This document shows, piece by piece, positions 9,803 to 18,900 of a stretch of 64,000 nucleotides of DNA. Made by a program: the position numbers and the translations under genes. The notes beneath the pieces were generated by a model. That model had not been told where the DNA came from, ran no database searches, and saw only the letters and a list, made by a program, of their open reading frames with translations. The first letter of the stretch is position 1; each line of letters begins with the position of its first letter. The stretch comes from Myxococcota bacterium (lineage in GTDB: Bacteria; Myxococcota_A; Polyangia; Nannocystales; Nannocystaceae), in the NCBI GenBank assembly GCA_039028615.1, contig JBCCHT010000035.1, positions 64,001-128,000 of the forward strand, written 5' to 3'.

Positions 9803-11125
9803 ATGGGCTCCGCTGCTGCTGCCATCCCTACCGTCACGCTGCCTCCGGTCACCGCTCGCTTTCCCGGGCCTCGCCTACCCGAGGCACTCTTTCGCTTCGC
9901 GCGTACGAACAACGCCGCCGAGTTCCTGCTCGAGATGCGGCGCAAGTACGGCGATGCTTTTGCGATCCGGGGCCCCGACCGGCTGTACGTCGTGCTGTCT
10001 CGCGAGGACCACTTCGACGAGATCCTGATCCGAGCCAAGGACCGATACACCAAGGACTACTCACTCGCTCCGCTGGAGCTTCTGTGTAATCCGAAGGTGC
10101 TCTATCCCAACGCGACCGAGCGAGCGCGGCTTCAACGGATCTTCCGACGTCGCCTGACTCGTCGCTCCCTCAGCGGCAACGATGAGCGAATCCAACGGCT
10201 GGCCCGCCAGGCATGCGGCTCGATCCCGTCGCGTTTCCTGCGCGGGGACGGAGTGCAGCTGATGCGGGTCATGTTGGACCTGCATTTTCGTGCCTGGATC
10301 TCCGCACTGCTGGGCACCGATCCCACTCGGGACCTCGGTGAGCTGCCGGACGAGTTGTTCTGGCTGGCGGAGTACCTGCCCCACGCGTGGTTCACCCGCC
10401 CCTTCCCCAGCCCGTGGCGAAACAAGAGCGACCGGCTGATACGGGCGGTCCGTGGATACCTCCATCACCTCGTCCGCACCCAAGCGCCGGATGCCGACGC
10501 GGCCATGGATTGTCATGCGCTCCGCAAAGAACTCAGCGACGACGAGATCGTCGACCACGTCGCGATCTTGTTGATGACCTCGGCGGCCGTCCCCGCTCAA
10601 CTCGCGACCGCGTTGCACTGCATCGTCCGCGACCCGCAGCGGGTCAACGCTCTGTGCGCAGTCGAATCCCCCGACGAAAAACAGACCCGTGAACACCAGC
10701 TCTCGCTACTTCTCAGCGAGAGCTTTCGCATGTATCCCGCGGCGTCGATCATCCTGCGAGACGCCACGGACGACCATGTCGTGGAAGGGTGCTCGATCCC
10801 CAAGGGCTCCGTGGTGCTGCTGCCCACGTACGTCCTCAACCGCGACCCGGGTCGTTGGTCCGAGCCCGACGTGTTTCGTCCCGAACGCTTCGACACCGAC
10901 GAGGCGCTCCCCGACTGTTTTCCCTTTGGGCGAGGGCCACGGTTTTGCATGGGCGCGAGCTACTCGCAGATCTTCATGCCCGCGGTGCTGGACCAGTTCA
11001 CCCGCAACTTCTCCATCGAGCTGCTGGAGCGAGACGAGCGGTACTCGCTGTCTCTCCCGCTGTCGTTTCGCTCGTCGAAGGTACGGCTGAGCCCGCGCCC
11101 CGCCATGGCGCTGTCGCGCGAGTAA
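9803..11125 (+). CDS. Cytochrome P450
   Basis: ESFR, FRPERF and FGRGPRFCMG are present. The I-helix is atypical (ILLMTSAAVP). Confidence 0.92.
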   Translation: MGSAAAAIPTVTLPPVTARFPGPRLPEALFRFARTNNAAEFLLEMRRKYGDAFAIRGPDRLYVVLSREDHFDEILIRAKDRYTKDYSLAPLELLCNPKVLYPNATERARLQRIFRRRLTRRSLSGNDERIQRLARQACGSIPSRFLRGDGVQLMRVMLDLHFRAWISALLGTDPTRDLGELPDELFWLAEYLPHAWFTRPFPSPWRNKSDRLIRAVRGYLHHLVRTQAPDADAAMDCHALRKELSDDEIVDHVAILLMTSAAVPAQLATALHCIVRDPQRVNALCAVESPDEKQTREHQLSLLLSESFRMYPAASIILRDATDDHVVEGCSIPKGSVVLLPTYVLNRDPGRWSEPDVFRPERFDTDEALPDCFPFGRGPRFCMGASYSQIFMPAVLDQFTRNFSIELLERDERYSLSLPLSFRSSKVRLSPRPAMALSRE

Positions 11126-11135
11126 ACCAACGCTT

Positions 11136-11168
11136 CGGTCGCGAGTCGAATCGTTCGACTCGCGACCG
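11136..11168. terminator. Perfect 15-bp hairpin, probable bidirectional terminator
   Basis: cggtcgcgagtcgaa-tcg-ttcgactcgcgaccg lies between the convergent P450 and FMO genes. Confidence 0.7.
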
Positions 11169-11186
11169 TGGATGCTCAGCGCCCTG

Positions 11187-12734
11187 CTACAGCCGCACGC
11201 TTCGCTGCAGCCGGCTCATGACCGCGAAGGCACGGGGCCGTACCCGCTCCGTACCGTGCAGCCGTAACTCGATCGCCTTGCAGAGGCGATCGAACTGCTG
11301 CTCATCTGCGAACTGCGTGTAGCTCTGCCGGGCCAGTCGGGCGGGGAGACCCAAGTCGCGGAACAAGCTCACCAGTGTGTCGATGATGTGGCTGACCTCG
11401 AAGCTGTAGGGCATGCCACCGCTGTCGTTGCGACCGGTGGCGCACCAGGGCGTCGTCGTGCCCTCTTCGCGAGCGAGCGCCTGCTCCATCTGGGCGACCG
11501 TCGGCTGACGATGCAGTCGATGGGCGTGGAAGCGGGCGAGCCACTCGGCCGCGATCGAGAAGCCGAACGCCTGCTGGGGAAAGATGATCTCGGCGCTGAA
11601 CAGCGAGACGGCCGGGATCACCGGATCGACCATCTGCCGGTGCAGCGAGGGCCGCAGGCGCGGGTCGTAGCCTTGCTCGCCGCCTTCGCGCACGATTCGA
11701 ATCTCGGGCAGGTTGGCGGCACGACGGTACCCTGTTGCCAGGATCACGTAGTCGGCGGGCAGGCGCTCGCCCTCGTCGGTGATCAATGCGTCGGGCTCCA
11801 GCCCTTGCACGCCCGCCTTGGTCCGCGCCACGGCCCGCAGCAGCTCGGCCTGGTCTGCGCGAAGCACCGCCCCGCGGTGCAAGAACACGTCCGAGTCGGG
11901 CTCGAAGGGGTTGACGATGAAGCCCTCCCGCACGAGCGGCCGACTGAGCCGGTGCATGAGTTCACTGTGGCCCATCGCCTTGCGAAGCTTGCCCAGCGCA
12001 AACGCATACGCGACCAACGCCGACTGACGCGGTCCCATACGTCCATACATGAACTCGTACGAGTAGGCCCATAGCGCCTTGCGGTAGACGCAGGCCATGC
12101 GTTGGTGGCCGCGACGAGCCAGGCTGCACAAGATGTCCTGCGCCGACTTGCCCGCGCCCACGACCACCGCCCGGCGATCGTTGTCGAGGATGTCCTCGAG
12201 CATCGCGCGGTCGAACTCACTCGAGTGCACGACGGTGCCGCGAAAGTCGGACTCGCCGGGGAGCTGCGGGCGATTGGGCGTACCGGCGTTGGAAAAACCC
12301 AGCGCGCACACCACGATGTCGCAGCGCAGCGGCTCCCGCTCGCCGGTCTCGGTGTCGACCACCGTCAGCTCGCACGCGGGAGACTGGCCCGGACGATACG
12401 CGATCGACTCGACCCGGACGCCGAAGCGAATGTGCTCACGGAGCGCGTGGTCGCGGGTGAAGTCGTGAAAGTACTGCAGCACCTCGTCGCGACTCGCCTG
12501 CTCGTTGCGGGTCGCGATGGGCCGATAGTCCGCGTAGCGATAATTGTGAGCGCGTGAGTGCGTGGTCAGGTCTGGATAGTCGACCTTGCTCCACACGCCG
12601 CCGACATCGGCGGCCATCTCGAGGCACTCGACTCGCCGGAAGCCAGCGCGTTGCATGGCCCGCAGCACGGCTAGGCCGCCTGCCCCCGCGCCGATCACGA
12701 CCACGTGTTTGTCAATCATCGTCTTTGTGCTCAT
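11187..12734 (-). CDS. Class B flavin-containing monooxygenase (FMO-type)
   Basis: GAGAGG (FAD), FMO fingerprint FRGTVVHSSEF, GAGKSAQD (NADPH), and ILATGY. Confidence 0.9.
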   Translation of the reverse strand: MSTKTMIDKHVVVIGAGAGGLAVLRAMQRAGFRRVECLEMAADVGGVWSKVDYPDLTTHSRAHNYRYADYRPIATRNEQASRDEVLQYFHDFTRDHALREHIRFGVRVESIAYRPGQSPACELTVVDTETGEREPLRCDIVVCALGFSNAGTPNRPQLPGESDFRGTVVHSSEFDRAMLEDILDNDRRAVVVGAGKSAQDILCSLARRGHQRMACVYRKALWAYSYEFMYGRMGPRQSALVAYAFALGKLRKAMGHSELMHRLSRPLVREGFIVNPFEPDSDVFLHRGAVLRADQAELLRAVARTKAGVQGLEPDALITDEGERLPADYVILATGYRRAANLPEIRIVREGGEQGYDPRLRPSLHRQMVDPVIPAVSLFSAEIIFPQQAFGFSIAAEWLARFHAHRLHRQPTVAQMEQALAREEGTTTPWCATGRNDSGGMPYSFEVSHIIDTLVSLFRDLGLPARLARQSYTQFADEQQFDRLCKAIELRLHGTERVRPRAFAVMSRLQRSVRL

Positions 12735-12746
12735 TCGCTGCGGGAC

Positions 12747-13592
12747 TCAAGCCGCCATCTCAGGCCGGTGAGCATGCACCATGATCGCCGGCCCTGCATC
12801 GGCGGCAGGCTTGACGACGAAGCCCTTGTCTTCGAGCAAGTCGACGATGAGCTGCCGATCCGGGAAGTGCCATTCCAGGGCGATCTTGCGAATCTTGGAC
12901 CACACCGAGGTCGGTAGGCTTGCCAAGACCTCTCGCTCCGCGCCTTCGATGTCCATTTTGAGGAAATCGATGCGCTCTACGCCCGAGCTCTCGAGGACCC
13001 GCTCCAGGGTATTGAACTTGCATCGTACGCGATCGCTCTTCTCGTAGAACGAGTACATCCTAGGGACGACGACGTGAAAGAGCGACGGGAAGGCCCGGAG
13101 GAGCTTGTGCAACATGGGAAACGCGACCTCGAGATAGACCATCGCATCGTCATAGGACGTCGATGCCTGGCGCTGCGTCTCCTGGAGTTCTCTGCAGTCG
13201 TTCGAAAACGCCGACATATTGCGGTAATAGTTGAGATCTCGCTCCTCGACCTTGTCGGACAGACCGAAGTTGTGGATATGAACCACGCCTTCGAGGTTCT
13301 TGACCGCGATGTTCTTCTTCAGGATGGAGAAGGTCTGGGGCACCGGCTCGAAGGTGAACACCTTGCCATTGGGTCCGCAGCGCTCGGCCGCGTAGCAGCT
13401 GAATAGCCCGATGTTGCCGCCCGCATCGAAGACCGTGTCTCCTTCTTCGATGGCGACTTCGTCCAGGGTATAGGTCTCGTTGACGAAGACTTCCTCGGCG
13501 ATGAGTTTGCAGGGCAGCCGATCGCGGCCGACGAAACATTCGCCCATGCCGGGAAGGTTGGCTTTGCGCATATAGTGTCGTTCTCGACTCAT
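12747..13592 (-). CDS. FkbM-family methyltransferase
   Basis: VFDAGGNIGLFS, VFTFEP, IDFLKMDIEGAE, ALEWH. ATG at 13592 overlaps the upstream P450 stop (ATGA); this is the 3' part of track ORF 12747..14906. Confidence 0.9.
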   Translation of the reverse strand: MSRERHYMRKANLPGMGECFVGRDRLPCKLIAEEVFVNETYTLDEVAIEEGDTVFDAGGNIGLFSCYAAERCGPNGKVFTFEPVPQTFSILKKNIAVKNLEGVVHIHNFGLSDKVEERDLNYYRNMSAFSNDCRELQETQRQASTSYDDAMVYLEVAFPMLHKLLRAFPSLFHVVVPRMYSFYEKSDRVRCKFNTLERVLESSGVERIDFLKMDIEGAEREVLASLPTSVWSKIRKIALEWHFPDRQLIVDLLEDKGFVVKPAADAGPAIMVHAHRPEMAA

Positions 13593-14887
13593 GGTGAATT
13601 CCTCGGCTTCAGGCGCGCAATGGGGCCTTGCAGGCGATAGGGCAGGCTCTGGCAGACCCGGCCGTCCAGCTCGGGTTGCTCGAAGCGAAAGTGCCGAAGC
13701 ACATGATCGAGCAGAGGCGCCATCACGGCTTCGGCAAAGCTCTTGCCGATGCAAAACCGCGGCCCCCGGCCATACGCGAAGATGTCTGGTCTCGCCGCTT
13801 CCGTTGCGAACCTCAGAGGGTCGAACCGCATCGGGTCGGGCCATATCGCGGGGTCTCGATTGACCAAGATCGTGGGGAGGACCACCACCGACCCCTGGGC
13901 AATGTGATACCCCGCGATCTCGCAGTCGAGGGTGGTATCGCGCAAGATCAGCGACGACACCGGATGTAGACGCAGAGTCTCTTGCAACGCCAATTGAAGG
14001 GCTTGGCGCCGCGCCTCTCCCGTCGATTGCTCGATACGCCGCAGTTCCTCTGGATTGGACAACAGCTCGTGCAAGCACGATTCGAGTAGCACGGGGACGT
14101 TGATCGACGAGTACAGCAGGATCAGCACATTTTCGCGGAGCTGCTCTTCGGTCAGCCGTTGGCGCAGCTCCCGACAATTCAATACCGCGTCCGTGTCGGC
14201 GGGCTGGGACTCGATGAGATCGCGGACATGGGCTCGCAGCTCGGAGATCGCCGTACGAGCACGCGAACGCCACGGTGTCGGCACGATCCGGGTCGGCCAG
14301 ACGCGTGGGAGCAGACCCGTGAGTTCGAGGCTGCGTTGTCCCATGTGCCTCGGATCCGCCGCGATGTCGGCCCCGAGGTAGAAATTCAGCAGCACTCGAT
14401 AGTGTAGATCCAAGAGTAGATCGATGACCGGACGGGGATGGCCGTCGACGAACCGCGCGGGAGTGGTGCTGCACGCCGCCTCGATGGCAGTCCCAAAGCC
14501 CCCGCCACGGGCCACGATGGGGGCGCGGGACAGCAGTGGCCGAAAGATGCCGCCGAGTCGACGGCGTTCCGCTTCGTCTGGATAGAGCAGTTCCTTGGAA
14601 CACATCAGCTCGAGCGGCTCGAGCGTGAAGCTCTTGGTGAAAAACCCCCGAGATCGGACGAGAACCTGCTCGAATTCTTCCGCGTGCCCGATCACGACGT
14701 AGGGTCGACCGGGGGCCGGAATCGAGAACACCGGACCATGACGGCGAGCCATGCTCGCGATCGCGTCGCAGACATTGCCGTGCCTGAACATCTGCATCAA
14801 CGCCGTGGTCGTCGACGGCCCTCGCGGCACCGGGGCAGTGCGAGTTCGGCTTTCGTACGCTCGAGAGGGCTGTGGTTCCACAGGCAT
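13589..14887 (-). CDS. Cytochrome P450
   Basis: ETLR, FDPLRF and YGRGPRFCIG are present. The I-helix is atypical (ILLYSSINVP). Confidence 0.92.
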   Translation of the reverse strand: MPVEPQPSRAYESRTRTAPVPRGPSTTTALMQMFRHGNVCDAIASMARRHGPVFSIPAPGRPYVVIGHAEEFEQVLVRSRGFFTKSFTLEPLELMCSKELLYPDEAERRRLGGIFRPLLSRAPIVARGGGFGTAIEAACSTTPARFVDGHPRPVIDLLLDLHYRVLLNFYLGADIAADPRHMGQRSLELTGLLPRVWPTRIVPTPWRSRARTAISELRAHVRDLIESQPADTDAVLNCRELRQRLTEEQLRENVLILLYSSINVPVLLESCLHELLSNPEELRRIEQSTGEARRQALQLALQETLRLHPVSSLILRDTTLDCEIAGYHIAQGSVVVLPTILVNRDPAIWPDPMRFDPLRFATEAARPDIFAYGRGPRFCIGKSFAEAVMAPLLDHVLRHFRFEQPELDGRVCQSLPYRLQGPIARLKPRNSP

Positions 14888-15976
14888 GAAAATGGCCGTA
14901 TTTCACCCGAATTTCGGGGGTTCGTCACACGTCTTCGCGACCCGGTATGCAGTCACTCCGAGTGCATGCCGGGGGCGAAAAAGCACTCCCTCGAGATCGA
15001 GACGGAGTCCCCCGCCAGTGGGAGTGCCCACCTCCCCTGATTCCTTTCACCCGGCTCTCAAATTTCGATGCGCTTCGAACCCGCGGACGGAACCGAATCA
15101 ACCGCACGCCAGCGCTTCCTACGCGGAGCCGTTTCGAGAGACTGTATTGGGCTTCTCACATGCGAATCGGCGCATGTTCATGGACTCGAAGTTCGAGTTC
15201 CACGCACCCGACTCAGTCACTTCAGTGGCACCCGCAGCGTGCATCACGTCCACATGCCCGTGGTCGACCCAGCTTCGGTAGCGGGGAAGGCCCGAGGCGG
15301 CTGAGGGATCGGTCGTTGCACACGTCTCGGGCAGGCAGGTGACGCTCGAGCCCCGCACCTGCGCCAGAGTCCGGCCGTGTTCTCGACGATTTCTACATTG
15401 ATGGAACTTGCCGTCGAGGTCGCCGAAACGATCGAAGAGGATCGCGACTTCGGGCCCAAGTGGCGTCCGTGGTGACGGCGTTGGCGGAGCCCACGGCGCT
15501 ACTTCGGCCTCCCCGCGGTCCAGGGAATTGCTCGATTCTCGCAGACCTCGTCTGCGATAGTGGGCGGTTGGCTTACCGAGGCATCCCGGATCCGGTGCTC
15601 GAATCGCCAAAGTGCGCCTCGCCGGTCTCCGCGGAGCAACCCGATGAAAGGCACAGACTAACGAGAAGGACGGCGCTCACGCCCACATGCGACGGGGATG
15701 ACGGAGACTCCATTTGAATGGTTCGACTGCAAACCGTCGCGGGATGTGACGCAGACGTGCCTCTTTTTCTCAACAGCAAAGATCGAGACCACAGCATTAC
15801 CCTTGGTCGCCGTCCCCACGGCATCGGCCATCTGTCACAAACGGGCCAACAATTCCCGAGACATTCCCCCGTCCAGTTGCTCCCTCCAACCCCTTTCGAA
15901 GCAACTACGCCCGGAAACAAGACATCGCGATTGGTACCCTAGCGTCGACCAACTCACGACGGGAGAGATCAGGCAG

Positions 15977-18900
15977 GTGACTTGGCTCGGATGGGAGTCT
16001 TTGGGAGGGGCGTTGACATCGGGCGCGGCGGTGAGTTTCCGAAAGCGAGGGGGCATCGACGTTTTCGCCCGAGGCAATGACTCCGCCGTATGGCACTGGC
16101 GTCGCGTGGAACGTGGCGCTGAATGGGTAAGCCTCGGCGGCGAGGTCCGAGGCAGCCCCGCGGCCGTATCTTGGGGCCGCAATCGCATCGATGTCTTCAT
16201 TCGCGGAGCTGATGATGCCCTGTGGCACAAATGGTGGAAAAACGGTTGGTACGGCTGGAAGAGCCTCGGCGGAACTCTGACCTCATCCCCCACGGTCGCT
16301 TCTTGGGGTAGAGGCCGGCTCGATGTTTTCGCCCGAGGTAGCAACGGTGGAGTCTGGCATCTCGCATACGACGGCAAGTGGTCCAAATGGAAAGACCTGG
16401 GGCACGAAATCAAGGGGGCTCCCTCAGCTGTATCTTGGGGTCGCAGCCGCATCGACATCGTAGTACGGGGCACGGACAACGCCCTGTGGCACAAGACTTG
16501 GAGGGACCGGTGGACAGCTTGGGTCAGTCGAGGGGGGAGCATGACGGCTGCACCTGCGATCGCCTCTGGTGGCCCTCGGCGCCTCGATGTCTTCACCCGA
16601 GGCAGCGACGGCGAACTCTGGCACCTGCGGCACGGAATGCGATGGGGGCACTGGGAGAAACTTCGCGGCCACTTCTGCGACCACCCCGGCGTCGTTTCGT
16701 GGGGGCCGAAGCACATAGAGGTGTTGGTTCGGGGCTGGGATGGGGCCTTATGGCGCAAGGTATGGGCTAGCCGCCGAATCAACCGTCGGTTGCACGGACG
16801 ACTTCCGTTCGCCGAACTCGGTGTCGAGGTCTTGGAGTCCATGCACGAACGTATGAAGGATCTCCAGGGATCCGCGTGCACTCCCACGGGTACGCTGGTA
16901 GTCACGGGCGAGACCACTTCGCTCGACTTGGGTGACCAGCGGCTCGTGCATCATCCCGACTCTGGAACTCACGATGTAGGTGGAGACATTCTCCAACGAT
17001 GGGAAAGCCTGGGCGGGGTCTCTGGTTTTCTCGGACAACCGATCTCGAATGAGGGCACCGCGGCCGACCGTATTGGCCGGTTCAACCACTTCCGCGGAGG
17101 CAGCATCTACTGGCACCCGCGGGCCGGCGCATTCGAGGTCCACGGCAAGCTCCACGCCAAGTGGGCATCTCTAGGTTCGGAACGGTCCTCGTTGGGCTAC
17201 CCCACATCCAACGAACGCCCCGCCCCCGCCGGAGGTCGAATCGGATGGTTCCAGAGCGGCGCCATCGTATGGCATTCGCAGCACGGCGCCCACGTCCTCG
17301 GTCCGGAGATCGTCGACCGGTGGCTCTCGCTCGGCGGTGGCCAAGGACGCCTCGGACACGCGACGGGTGATGAACAGACCGACGAAGCGGGTAGCAAGAC
17401 CGCGTTGTTCGAACGGGGGGTCATCTACTGGGACGAACGCAGCGGCGCATTGAGCCTCAGTTTGCCCATATTCAGCGGCTGGAAGGAAACCGGCGGGGTC
17501 GCCGGAGCACTCGGGGCACCGGTCGCCGACGAGAAAAATTTCAATGACGGCGGCCGCTTCGTTCGCTTCGCTCATGGCTATCTGTTCTGGCAACCCCGTA
17601 CCGGCGTGTACTCGCTACGCGAGCCGATCGTGGGCAAGTGGGAACGTGGAGGAGGCCTCGACGGCTCGCTAGGCCACCCCATCGGAAAAACGACGACGCT
17701 GGCTCAGGGGGTGACCTACGCCCGCTTCGTCGGCGGTGCGTTACTTTCTCACCCCTCGACCGGCACTTATTCCATGCCCAATGCGATGCTGAGGCGTTGG
17801 ATCTCAGCGGGCGGCCCAGCCGGCACCTTGGGCGGTCCGGTTGACGACGCCCGTCCGGTGGCTCAGGGGAGCACCTCCGTGGCAATGCAGTTCACCCGCG
17901 CTACCTTGCGGCAAGGTGAGGGCCCCGAGGAGTTCAGCCTCCACCAGGATCCCGACAGCCGGTGCCCTATCGTAGCAGCCGAGACAACTCTAGATCGAGA
18001 TCTCGACGGCGCGCTCGACAGCCCCATCGAGGACATCGACCAAGAGATGTGGATCCCGCTTCTCCACTGGCTCGAGCGTGCCCAGCAGCGAAAACGCTTC
18101 ACCCGCGACTCGTTCACGGTCGAGTTTTGGCACCGCCCGACGTCTTCGTCGACCATAGATCCGACCAGATTTCTTCCCGTCCGGCCGGGTTCGCTGCAAG
18201 CTCGCCTCCAAGGGCTGAACGGCTCCTTCGAACGCGAGATGACCGTCATCTGGCGACAGCCAAACGCACCTGGGCAACCACCGCACTTGAGCGCACGATT
18301 GGACTTCAGCGACGACCCGGACCTGGCCGGCAAGGTAAAAGGCGCCATCCAGAGCGACGGCAGCATCGAGATGTCCTGGCAGCATCACCTTGCCCGAGCC
18401 CGCACTCCCGGCCCGGGCGTAGACCCACTGGCTCCGAAGCAGAGCTTCGCTGACTCTATCTACTCGCATCCCGACGATCCGATGTGGCAGGACGGGCCCT
18501 CGCGTTGGCGGGAGATACGTACCGCTGAGCTGCCTCGCACGCTCTACTACCGACGGGTGGGTCGCGAGCCAATCTTCGAGCTCATCCCGACCTCGTTTCG
18601 TCTCGGCTTCGACGGTAGAGCGGGGATTCCCAGTGTACACCCCACATTGCTCGACCGAGGAGGAGACTCGACCAGCGACGAGCGTCATGTATTGGCACGC
18701 TTCGGGGGCTTGCCCTACATGCACGCGGAGGAACACACCGCGGCGCGCAAGTGGATCGAAGAGCACGAGTCGGTCCCCTTCGCTCACCTGATCTACTCCC
18801 CGATCATCGGCCGCTTCCAACAGCCCACGGGACTCCTCGGAGCGAAGGCCATCCAAATCGACGCCGTTCCCCTCAATGAGTACCTGTGGCTCGAGTGGGA

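Noticed and set aside
13593..14906. N-terminal extension of the 719-aa FkbM ORF (apparent fusion)
   Set aside because: Arg-rich off-frame translation of the P450 gene. The methyltransferase most plausibly starts at 13592.
14975..15060. Possible cobalamin riboswitch (cccccgccagtg resembles part of the consensus)
   Set aside because: Other conserved elements were not found and no B12-related gene is adjacent. An Infernal scan would settle it.
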